Assembly (NCBI GenBank): GCA_951406725.2
Contig: OX597834.1
Coordinates: forward strand, 35,030,001 to 35,094,000
Source of the DNA: Octopus vulgaris
Taxonomy: Eukaryota
Direction of reading: 5' to 3'
DNA length: 64,000 nt
This document shows, piece by piece, positions 1 through 10,679 of the stretch (the stretch's first letter is position 1; each line of letters opens with the position of its first letter). Below the pieces are notes generated by a model that made no database searches, was not told where the DNA came from, and saw nothing but the letters and a program-made list of their open reading frames with translations. Made by a program: the position numbers and the translations under genes.

Positions 1-509
1 GCGGTTCGGCAAAAATAGATCGATAGAATAAGTACCAGGCTTACAAAGACTAAGTACTGGGGTCGATTTGTTCGACTAAAGGCGGTGCTCTAGCATGGCC
101 GCAGTCAGATGACTGAAACAAGTAAAAGAAAGTAAAAGAAGAAGACTTCCACAACCAGTCCTTGGGTAAGCATCTCCTATTACAGCCCCAGTCCAACCAT
201 TGCTTTGCGAGTGAATTTTGTAGATGGAAACTGTGTGGAAGCCTGTCATATATATGTGCGTGTGCATTTGTTTGTGTGTCTTTGTGTTTACTCTGCCCCT
301 CCGACACACGGACATCCACTGCTAGACAACAGGTTTTGGCTTGTTTACATCATTGTAACTTAGCAGTTTGGCAAAAGAGTCTGATAGAGACTATCCTTAA
401 TATTAGTCCTTCATCCATCAAATTCTATATCAACCTCCCTCCCTCCTTCCCTTCCTCTAGTAATCAGACCCCAAAGTTTTCAGTCCATTTTTGTGATTAT
501 GAATGTGAT

Positions 510-895
510 AATGGTAGTGATGGTGATGATGGTAGTAGTGGTGGTGGTGGTGAGGATGATGGTAGTGGTGGTGAGGAGATGGTAGTGGTGGTGAGGATGA
601 TGGTAGTGGTGATGGTGAGGATGATGGTAGTGGTGATGGTGAAGCTGATGGTAGTGGTGAGGATGAACGGTGGTGATGCTGGTGGTGGTGAGGATGATGG
701 TGGTAGTGGTGAGGATGATGGTAGTGGAGATGCTGGTGGTATTGGTGGTGAAGATGAATGGTGGTGGGGGTAGTGGTGTTGATGGTGGTGGTGGTGGTGA
801 TGGTAGTGGTGATACGGTAGAGATGGGGCTAGTGGTAGTAAAATGGTGGTGGTGGTGGTGGTGGTGGTGGTGGTGGTGGTGGTGGTGATGGTAAG
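510..895. repeat. (GGT/GAT/AGT)n compound trinucleotide low-complexity tract
   Basis: Continuous GGT/GAT/GTA triplets ending in pure (GGT)n; explains the M/V/G/W-rich ORFs here. Confidence 0.95.
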
Positions 896-1249
896 TCTAA
901 CAGTGAGATTAGTGATGGTGTTGTTGGAAATGAAAAATTATGGAGTGAAATTAATAGAAATCTAACAAATCAAGTTGAAATCTAAAAGAGAAAAGATGAA
1001 AAAATAAAAAAAACAAGGACACCTCCACACACACACACCCCTAATATTTCCAGCAGAGGAACTTAGCATAAAGAAGGGGTTTAAGGAGTTCCTTGTTAAG
1101 CATGTGGAGTGTGAGTTGGGGAGTGTGGGGTGTGTAGCTAGGAGAGAGTGTATATATGTGTGTGTGTGGTATGGGGGTAAGTGAACGTGTGTGTGTGTAC
1201 ATGTATGTATATACATAGGTACGTGTGTGTGTGTGTGTGTGTGATATGA

Positions 1250-1890
1250 ATATCATGGTGTAGTGGTTAAGAGCATGGGCTACTAACCCCAAGATTCCGA
1301 GTTTGATTCCATTCAGTGACCTGAATAATAACAATATTAATAACATCAAAAAATACCTTAGGAATGAGAACTCAGGTTTGAAATTTCTCCAAGGCGCAGG
1401 AGTGGCTGTGTGGTAAGTAGCTTGTTTGCCAACCCACATAGTTTCAGGTTCAGTCCCACTGCATAGCACCTTGGGCAAGTGTCTTCTACTATAGCCTCGG
1501 GCCGACCAAAGCCTTGTGAGTGGATTTGGTAGACGGAAACTGAAAAGAAGCCCGTCGTATATATGTATATATATATGCGTGTGTGTGTTTGTGTGTGTGC
1601 ATTTGTCCCCCTAGCATTGCTTCACAACCGATGCTGGTGTGTTTACATCCCCGTCACTTAGCGGTTCGGCAAAAGAGACCGATAGAATAAGTACTGGGCT
1701 TACAAAGAATAAGTCCCGGGGTCGAGTTGCTCGATTAAAGGCGGTGCTCCAGCATGGCCGCAGTCAAATGACTGAAACAAGTAAAAGAGTAAAAGAGTAA
1801 AGGTACCTAATGAAGGCTGGCGTGTATATCAGCCGAAACGTGTTAACAAGAAACAAGATGAGGACAAATATCCATCAAATGTAAATAAAT
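1250..1890 (+). mobile_element. tRNA-headed SINE-like element with a hammerhead-like (Penelope pLTR-type) 3' segment, split by a younger SINE
   Basis: A-box TGGTGTAGTGG (~1256) and B-box-like GAGTTTGATTCC (~1298). The body resumes after the SINE at 1392-1800 with CTAATGA-A-GGCTG..CAGCC-GAAACG (1807-1840). A 5' fragment of the same element lies on the minus strand at ~21382-21430. Confidence 0.6.
1392..1800 (+). mobile_element. tRNA-derived SINE, family A (full-length, ~410 bp)
   Basis: A-box TGGCTGTGTGG, B-box GGTTCAGTCCC, CCTTGGGCAAGT core, internal (TA)n(TG)n and (GTAAAAGA)n tail. Roughly 20 full or partial copies occur in the window. Confidence 0.9.
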
Positions 1891-3266
1891 TCCTCATCTT
1901 CCTGATGTCAGTCAACGTACAGAGTGTGCTGGGTGCCTTTTTACATGGCACTGACACCAATGACAAAGAAAAACACCACCCACTGTGTAGAGCTGTTGGC
2001 ATCTGGCTGTAGAAACCATACCAAACAGACCGTTCTCAGGAATCATGAGGCTTTGGGTTCAAGCCCAATGCATGGCATTTAGAGCAAATGTCTCTTACCA
2101 TGGTGGCAGGTCAAGTCAAGTCATGTGAGTGACACTGGGTAGATGGAAACTGTGTGGAAGCCCAGCCTGCAATTTTAAATGTGTATGTGTGTGAATGCAT
2201 ACATGTGTATGAGTGTGCATGCATGTGTGTGTGTGCATGTGAATGTGCATGAGAGTTCATGTGTGTGTGCACATGTATGTATGTATGTATGTATGTATGT
2301 GAGCATGTGTAATATAGAAAAGTGTGTAGTGTTCAGTATGATGTCAAAAGAGGGGAAGGGAATGGGGTGGGAAACAACCATATTGAAAATTTACCAATTA
2401 GAAATAACAGCCATGGTGGTGATGGTCCCCAACATTGCTGCTGGTGATGATGATGTTGATACTGATGCTGATGACAATGACACCGTAGATGATGAAGATA
2501 TTGTAATGCTAAGGAGCCGATCCCTATAATGAGTGTGGTGAAGGAGGGGTTAAGAGATAGTATTTTCGAAGCAAATTGTGAGAATAACATTGAGGATAGG
2601 TGAGAGGGATAGGATCTGTTGATGGTAGATAAGTGGTTGGGGGGGTAGGGAAAGGAGAGGTACAGAGAGAAAGAGTGAATGTGTGCCTAAGTGTAGCAGA
2701 GAGGGAGAGAAGTGAAAGTGAAAGTGAGGTAAATTGTGTGTGTGTATATGTGTGTGTGTTTGTGTGATGTCAAGAGAGGGAAACAGAGAGAGAGGGTGTA
2801 GAAATGAGGATGAAGAGAAGAGCTAGAATAGATTGGAACAAAGAGCAGAGATCTATGAGAGAGAGAAAGAGAGAGAGAGACAGAGAGAGAATTAGAAGGA
2901 GAAAGAAAGAGAGACAGACAGAATTCATATGCATAGAGGAGAGAGAGGGGGAAGGAAATCTTTAAGAGAGAGAGAGAGAGAGAGAGACTGAGAGGATAAG
3001 TGAGAGCAAAGTGAGAGTGAGGAGAATAAAGGAAAACAATATCAAAGAGGCGCCATTGATATATTGTTTCCCCCACCCCCTTCAGCATCCAGGACCAAAT
3101 GCATTTCATGATACAACACCAGGAATATCTCTGCCTGTCATTAATCTTGGTGGATCTTCAATTCCATGCTGTGTGTTTCATCCTTTATTAATTTTCAAAA
3201 TATGACATCACATAGGGTGTTCAGTACATAAAAGCAGTGACCAGCAGGGGCCTACCCTGCCTTGTA

Positions 3267-3883
3267 TAAGGGGGGTGCTGAAAATTTCCTGGCTTTAATG
3301 GTATTGCAAAAGGCTGGTTAGAGACCCAACCTACCAAGTTTTTCTTTTACAGGGCTTAGAGAAATTGAAGGACTACTGCAATAAGTGTGTGAATCTGTGA
3401 GGGGAATGTACTCTTTACTCTTTTACTTGTTACAGTCATTTGGCTGTGGCCATGCTGGAGCACTGCCTTTAGTTGAGCAAATTGATCCTGGGACTTATTC
3501 TTTGTAAACCTAGTACTTATTCCATCGTTCTCTTTTGCCGAACCACTAAATGATGGGGACATAAACACACCAGCATCGGTTGTCAAGCAATGCTAGGGGG
3601 ACAATCACACATATATATATACATATATACGACGGGCTTCTTTCAGTTTCCGTCTACCAAATTCACTCACAAGGCTTTGGTCGGTCCGAGGCTATAGTAG
3701 AAGACACTTGCCCAAGGTGCCACGCAGTGGGACTGAACCCAGAACCATGTGGGTGGTAAGCAAGCTACTTACCACACGGCCACTCCTGCGCCTATGTTCA
3801 ATATGTTGAATAAAATCATAATTAAGTGATCCTCCAGTATTTTCTTTTACCCATAGACCCGGAACTTTTCAAAGACCCCCTCG
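3267..3883 (+). mobile_element. Mariner-derived MITE interrupted by a family A SINE
   Basis: Imperfect TIRs (AGGGGGGTGCTGAAAATTTCC / GGAACTTTTCAAAGACCCCCTCG) flanked by TA. The internal sequence reads GLEKLKDYCNKCVNL.GE.., a mariner transposase C-terminus. A sister copy is at 46601-47045. Confidence 0.8.
3410..3793 (-). mobile_element. tRNA-derived SINE family A
   Basis: Reverse complement of the 1392-1800 element, from head (CCTGCGCCT) to tail (CTCTTTTAC)n. Confidence 0.9.
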
Positions 3884-4219
3884 TAATTCCAATCTGAAGT
3901 TAGAACTCAGCATTAATCCCAGTGTGCTAATGATTCTGCCATTAGCTGACTTACAGGGCCAGTGATTTTGGAGGAGGGGTTAAGTTGATTACATTAACCC
4001 CAGTACTCAACTGGTACTTATTTTATTGACCTCAAAAGGATGAAACGCAAAGTCGACTTTGGTGGAATTTGAACTCAGAATGCAAAATCAAACGAAATGC
4101 CTCTAAGCATTTTGCTTGGCATTCTAACAATTCTGTAGCTCACTGCATTGCTGAGGTGAAATATTATGCAAACACACCAACACTGGCCACCAAGCAGCAG
4201 TGGGGTGACAAATGCATAC

Positions 4220-4253
<34 letters not shown>

Positions 4254-5775
4254 GCAAAGGGCCTCCTGCAGCCTCCATCCACCAAATCCACTCCCAAACC
4301 CTAGCCAGCCCAAGGTTATAGAAGACACTTGCCCAAGCAAGCACACCTATGATTTATCAAACTTCAGTGGAAGCAAAATTTAAAGACTTTGTCAAATATT
4401 AATTCCGACCTGCTAGAAATAGCAACCAAATGTTCTTTTAAATCAATGTATGTCACTAAATAAAATCTGAAACTACATTGGAAACATCAGGTACAGGATG
4501 GCTGGAATGCTTTTGATATTATTAATTAACAGATTGGACTTATGTGTGATGAATGGTGCTACAGCTGGGCCAGTTGAGCATGAAATATATCGTCAAACTT
4601 TGTAATGTGCTTATTTCAGAAGCGCAGGCATAGAAACATGGATCAAAGTGCAGTGAACTGTGAATTTCTACCTCACTGTAGCAGAAGCACAACCAACAGC
4701 AGAGCGTATGAGAAGGGGTAACAACATCACCTGTGATCTTGTAGCAATGGAATCCCTTGCGTGTCCCCATTTATTTTAATTACAATATATAGAAGGAAAA
4801 AAAAACGGGCAAGTTTACATAAAACTCACACATGTTATGTGACTGATGATTTTTAATTATTTAAACGAATGTTGAGTATTTGTTATATATTGAGTAAGAG
4901 TTCAATATATGACACTATTCAGCTCTTTCAACGGCCTCATTTACTGCGATGATCAGCTTTTACATGTGCATATGTCCAACCCATACCAGCATGGGAAATG
5001 GACGTATACATAAATGTGTGTATATATATGTTTATATGAACGTGTCTATTTTAATACATAATAGTAGTACACATAGATACATACATATATAGATACACAT
5101 AGATACACACAGATATACATATATATACACACATAGATACACACACATATATATATATATATACACATGCATATACACACACATAACATATATACACACA
5201 TATATAAATACACACAGATACACACACACATACATGCATATACATACATATATACATATATAACATATATACACACGTATAGATACATACACACACACAC
5301 ACATACATATATATACACAAATATACATGCACATACACATATATACACACATATATAGCATATGTATATGTCCGGTTGCTTGTATGTGTATATGAATGTT
5401 ACAACTGCATGTGTGGAGGTTGTGTATACATGCATGTACGTATGCATGTATTTGTGTGCATATATGCGTGTGCATGCATTGTTGTGTGTGTATAAATGTA
5501 TACATGTAGAGTAATGTTACGTATGCATGCATGTATGTATGTATGTATGTATGTGTGTGTGTATGCACTTAAATGCCTGGAAACGTGTGTGTGTGTTTGT
5601 GTTTATGTAACTCCACGTAGCAGTAAGGAAGCTATGTGGAGGGTCCTTAATATTCCGGTTTCTGGCCATCATCTGGTCTTCCTGTCATTTGACAGAGTCA
5701 ACAAGAACCAGGCTGCTAGAGCAGCTTCACCTGCAGTAACCATGGTGATACACCTGATAAAGACCAAAGCAGTGC

Positions 5776-5819
<44 letters not shown>

Positions 5820-6220
5820 TCTCTCTAGGTTTACCAACAAACTGTCTCTGATAGATTGAGTACTTTGGGGGTCTGGTTGAAAGAGGGAGAGAGGAGGGAG
5901 GAAGGTTGGTATAGAATTTGATGGATGAGGGACTAATAAATTGATACCTGTCTTACCACCACCACCACCACCACCACCACCACCACCACCACCACCACCA
6001 CCACCACGCACAACAGCATCATCATCATCATCATTATTATTATTACTATTATTAAGGCAATGAGATGGCAGAATTATTACAGCACCAGACGAAACACTTA
6101 GCGGAATTTCTCCCAGCTCTTTACGTTCTGAGTTCCAATGCCACCAAGGTCGACTGTGTCTCTCAATCCTTCCAGGGTCGATAGAATAGGTACCAGTTGA
6201 ACATGATGATGATGATGATC

Positions 6221-6640
6221 ATCATCATCATCGTTTAACGTCCGCTTTCCATGCTGGCATGGGTTGAACGGTGCAACTGGGGTCTGGGAAGCCAGAATGC
6301 TGCACCAGGCTCCAGTCTGATCTGGCAGTGTTTCTACAGCTGGATGCCCTTCCTAATGCCAACCACTCCGTGAGTGTAGTGGGTGCTTTTTATGTGCCAC
6401 CGGCACAGGTGCCAGACAAGGCTGGCAAACGGCCACGATCGGATGGTACTTTTTATGTGCCACCGGCACGGGGACCAGACGAAGCTGGCAACAGCCACAG
6501 TTGGATGGTGCTTTTTACGTGCCACCGGCACGGATGCCAGTCGGGCGGCGCTGGCCATGGCCACGTTCGGATGGTTCTCTTACGTGCCACCGGCACTGGT
6601 ATCACAGCTACAAATTTCATTGATGTTGATAGATTACGAT
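6221..6640 (-). mobile_element. Family C retroposon (RTE 3'-UTR-like/SINE) with four internal ~63-bp structured units and a (GAT)n tail
   Basis: GGTTGGCATTAGGAAGGGCATCCAGCTGTAGAAA block and AACCCATGCCAGCATGGAAAGCGGACGTTAAAC(GAT)n end on the minus strand. Unit starts at 6382, 6445, 6507 and 6573. More than 10 related copies occur in the window. Confidence 0.85.
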
Positions 6641-6984
6641 TTTGATTTTGATTTATGATGATGATATTAAATGCCCTGATGCAATACCAGGCAGTGACTC
6701 TCATGGCTTCTGATCTTAACTGATTTGAAGTGTTATCATATACATGTTTTGTCTTGTTAGCAAACATGGACAACAGCAGATATTCTGCTCAAAACCACAG
6801 ATTAGCTTGTCAGTTGTTTGACCTCAAACATTTGAGCATGTCCCTTAGTGGCTGACAATATGTGCATCTCTGATTACAAGCCAGAGCAGTGGTGGAGGGC
6901 ATCATAGTCATGCGGGGAGAGGAATTCTATAGGTTTTGAATAATTCCCCCTTGGAAATGTGGGTGTTTTGTTCATCATTCTTAA

Positions 6985-7205
6985 CTTTTTCGTTACCAAC
7001 CCGGCTGAAACAGGCTCTGGCTCTGTAGTACAAATGTCTTCTTTTCATAAGTTTTGAATTAAAATCTTCCACCAAACCTTAGTCACAATTTATGTTCCTA
7101 ACACTAGCTGAATGATAACTAAGTTATTTTACTAAATTCTTTGTTATATTTAAAGTAATTGAAACAAACACAGAGCATCTCAACAGAAATACAGTAACGA
7201 AAGGG
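6985..7205. mobile_element. piggyBac-type MITE
   Basis: TTAA at 6981-6984 and 7206-7209, with TIRs CTTTTTCGTTAC / GTAACGAAAGGG. A related partial copy is at ~9806-9900. Confidence 0.8.
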
Positions 7206-8934
7206 TTAAACAACTCTTATTCAGGAATCTTTTGAGCAGGATAAAGTACTCTAACTGAAGAGGAACCAAATTGGGCCCCACCTGCAAAGCCATGTGCTGT
7301 TTATCTTGATATAAACTCACCATGGCATGCACATATGGTTGTGTGCCTTGTGTACCCTTATCAGATGGGTAGTTATGAAGGGTATACTGGGCTTTGTACT
7401 TTTGTACCCAAGCATCACTTTGATGGGGTGTGCTGCTCTCTCACACAATAATAATAATAATAATAATAATTTCTCAATCAATGGCAGGATATAAGATTTA
7501 CTATACTTCACCTCCATTCCAAAGAAGATATTCAGGAGAATATCCATACAAGAGTTCATTCACCATAATCTTACTTTTTTTTTTCTTTTTTTTTGTTTGT
7601 TCTCCTCCATTTGAAATTGTAGTTTCCCTAGTCTGTTGCCCTGGTGGCAATTATAAGAAATCGTTATCACCTCATTATCAACATCACTATTATTATCATC
7701 ATTACCATCACCACCACCACCACAGCCACCACTGCTACTATCATCATCATCATTCCCACCATTATTACTACCACCATCACCACCACCACCACCACCATCA
7801 TGATCCTCATCACAATCATTATCATCTTAATAATTAAATTATATTACCATTATTATTATTATCATCACCACCACCACCACCATCATCATAAGTAATTGTA
7901 GCAGCAGCAGTAGTAGTAGTAGTAGTGTCTCCACCACCACCACTCTTTCTGTGCTGTATTCTATTGTCTTCTGCTATAATTCTTTTCTTCTACTTCCCAG
8001 CCTTGACGCCAATTAAAGATACCATCATCATCAATATCAGCGTATTACCACCACCACCACCACCACCACCATCATCATTATCAACTCGTTACTATCACAA
8101 CCTTCATCATCATCATAACCACTATAATTAACGTAATGGTAATCAGCATCACCATCATTTCCAGCATCATTATCAACATCCTAATCAACACCACCTCAAC
8201 CATCAGCATCATCATCAGCATCATCCTCATTCCCATCATCACCATCATCACCATTATCATCATTAGCATCACTACAATCACCATCAGCATCATCATCATC
8301 ATCAAAGTATTGTTTATATGTTGTCTTCAGTTGTTTTCATTTCAGCTTATACTCTGTGTGTGTGTGTGTGTGTGTATGTGTGTGCATGCATGTGTGCATG
8401 TATGTGTGCATGTATGTATGTATGCATGTACATGTGCATGTATGTGTGCATGTATGTATGTGTGCATGTATGTATGTGTGCATGTATGTATGCAGTATGT
8501 GTGTGTGTGTGTGCATGAAACTGTGTATGTGACTGTGTGCACAATGTGTACATGTGTGTGTGCATGCATGTGCACGTGTGTGTGTGTCTTCATGCCCTCT
8601 CATCTATATGTATTATTTCTAGTGCAGGTGTACTAACAAGAATATAAATGCACACACACACACACATTATGCAACATAGCACAGTTATTTCCTCTCTCTC
8701 CCTCTCTCTCTGCCCCTCTGCTGTAAAACTAACAAATAAAGCTGGACTATGTCTCACCGTCTTTTGCTTGGTGCAGTCCACTGGCAGAACCAGTAGCAAG
8801 ACAGAGACAAACGGCAATGCAGCAGTATTCAGTTCCAGCCCTGTATACTGTTGTGCCACCACAAGGTCCAGTCTTTGTTGCAGCGTGGTGTGGTGGCTTA
8901 TATGCTTCAATGACCCCCTCCCCCCCAAGAGCTT

Positions 8935-9478
8935 TACCAGTGGAGTGCAAATTCCTAATAGGGCCTCCCATGCTGGACAGATAAAAGGATAGATGCGAAA
9001 CTAATATGGACCGCATCTTTCCAGGTATAAAAATGGGTTCGCAAAGGGCCAACACCTCTATCTAGAAAACAAGTAAAATAACGTAAAGTATACTAGCCGT
9101 CTCAATATGACTAACCACTAGGAGTGGGTGTTACTGTAGCTTTTTAGCCCCAGGAGATCATCGTCTCCAGCTGGCTTTAGGCACACTTTCTGTGCCCTTA
9201 TGATATTTGCAAAGGGAGGTCATCCCCTCTCGTAAACCTAAGTGATACGCACGGACTGCAGTTTCGAGATTATTGTCTCTTGTCAACGCACGGTAATCAT
9301 TAGTTTTCAATGAGTAGAGACCTGTTTGCGAATATCTATTTAATGTAAGCATTGTTGACAACTGAAAACTGATAAGACCAGGGAGAGGATGGTTTTCCTT
9401 CAGAGAAGACAGCTCAGAGTCAAGAACGGCGGAGAAAAGTTGTTTGTGGTCTATGCTTCATAGGGAGCGAAGGGTTTC
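8935..9478 (+). mobile_element. Internally deleted RTE-clade LINE derivative hosting an HHR-bearing insert
   Basis: 9403-9477 translates EKTAQSQERRRKVVCGLCFIGSEGF, resembling RTE ORF2 C-termini (AQDRxxWRxxVxGLCS). The upstream GGGTTCGCAAAGGGCCAACACCTC..AGAAAAC resembles RTE 5' regions. The 5' boundary is uncertain. Confidence 0.55.
9243..9299 (-). ncRNA. Type I hammerhead ribozyme with a U3-A8 variant core (predicted complete)
   Basis: Minus strand: TGAT-TAC-CGTGCG [TTGACAA] GAGA-CAATAA-TCTC [GAAA] CTGCAG [TC] CGTGCG-T-ATCA. Stem I is 6 bp plus a 4-bp extension, stem II is 4 bp, stem III is palindromic, and the cleavage triplet is GUC. Confidence 0.75.
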
Positions 9479-9559
9479 AGTCAGCAAAACAAACACATGC
9501 TTTGAGTAAGAAGGAAAGGGGCAGGCACCATAGAAATGGTAAATGGTTTACAGCAGAAA

Positions 9560-9781
9560 GGCGGCGAGCTGGCAGAATCATTAGCACACCGGGCGTAATG
9601 CGTATCCGTATTTCGTCTGCCGCTACGTTCTGAGTTCAAATTCCGCCGAGGTCGACTTTGCCTTTCATCCTTTCGGGGTCGATAAATTAAGTACCAGTTA
9701 CGCACTGGGGTTGATGTAATTGACTTAATCCCTTTGTTTGTCCCCTCTGTGTTTAGCCCCTTGTGGGTAGTAAATAAATAA
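9560..9781 (+). mobile_element. tRNA-derived SINE family B (Nin/Deu-like core), young copy with 14-bp TSD
   Basis: A-box TGGCAGAATCA, B-box GAGTTCAAATTC, core AGGTCGACTTTGCCTTTCATCCTTTCGGGGTCGATAAATTAAGTACC. Exact TSD GTTTACAGCAGAAA at 9546-9559 and 9782-9795. About 15 copies occur in the window. Confidence 0.9.
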
Positions 9782-9985
9782 GTTTACAGCAGAAAAGAAA
9801 CAACTTTAACCCTTTTGTTACTGTATTTATATTGAGATGCTCTGAGTTTCTTTCAATTATGTTAAATATAACAAAAAACTTAGTAAAATAAGTTGATAAA
9901 GTTAGTACCAGTTGAGCACTAGGGGTCAATGTAATCGATTTAACCCCTCCCAGAAATTGTTGGCCTTGTGCTTAAATTTGAAACC

Positions 9986-10210
9986 ATTATTACTATTATT
10001 ATTATCATTTATTGTCATTGCACAGCTTCTAATGCTGGAGATGTACTACGGTGCCAACTGTTCACTACCAGTGAACTAAGGCAACACCCCTTGTTTTTCC
10101 GGAGTATTTGAGCGGTTCCAAGCAGTGCTGTTTTCTGCAAGTGCTCCACCCTTATTGCAGCCCCTATTTGTTCTATGTACTTCTCAAGACTTTTATTTAC
10201 TGTTTCCAAC
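9986..10210 (-). mobile_element. 3' remnant of an RLE-type non-LTR retrotransposon (R4/Dong-like)
   Basis: ETVNKSLEKYIEQIGAAIRVEHLQKTALLGTAQILRK matches the LQKxALLGTAxILR C-terminal signature. It is followed by a short 3' UTR and a (TAA)n-type tail on the minus strand. Confidence 0.7.
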
Positions 10211-10645
10211 CTGCAGAATCGTCATCATCATCGCCGTCGTCATTATCATTAATTATTATAAAAAGAATTAATTATTATTATTATTATTATTTGCCAGAGG
10301 TGAGCTGGCAAAATCGTTAGCACACTGGGTGAGACGCTAAGCAACATTTCGTCCACCTTTACATTCTAAGCTCAAATTCTGCCAAGGTTGACTTTGCCTT
10401 TCATCCTCTCGGGATTGATAAGTTAAGTACCAGTGATATGCCAGGGTCGATGTAATCAGCTAATCCCCTCCCCCAAAATTTGAAGCCTTATAAGTCTGTA
10501 GTAGAAAGTATCTGTTCAACCCATACCAGCATGGATAACGGACGTTAAATGATGATGATTATTATTATCATTATTATTATTAGTAGTAGTATTATTATCA
10601 CCATTATCATCATCATTATTAGTAGTATTATTATCACCATTATCA

Positions 10646-10679
<34 letters not shown>

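Noticed and set aside
4534-4770. Possible exon in a GC-richer unique island (similar islands at 8720-8930, 15330-15560 and 32960-33260)
   Set aside because: No recognisable protein similarity or consistent splice-site pair. These may be regulatory or non-coding, but that cannot be supported from the sequence alone.
6382-6600. CRISPR-like array (25-bp palindromic repeats with ~38-bp spacers)
   Set aside because: The spacers are homologous to each other, the array is part of a dispersed eukaryotic retroposon and there are no cas genes.
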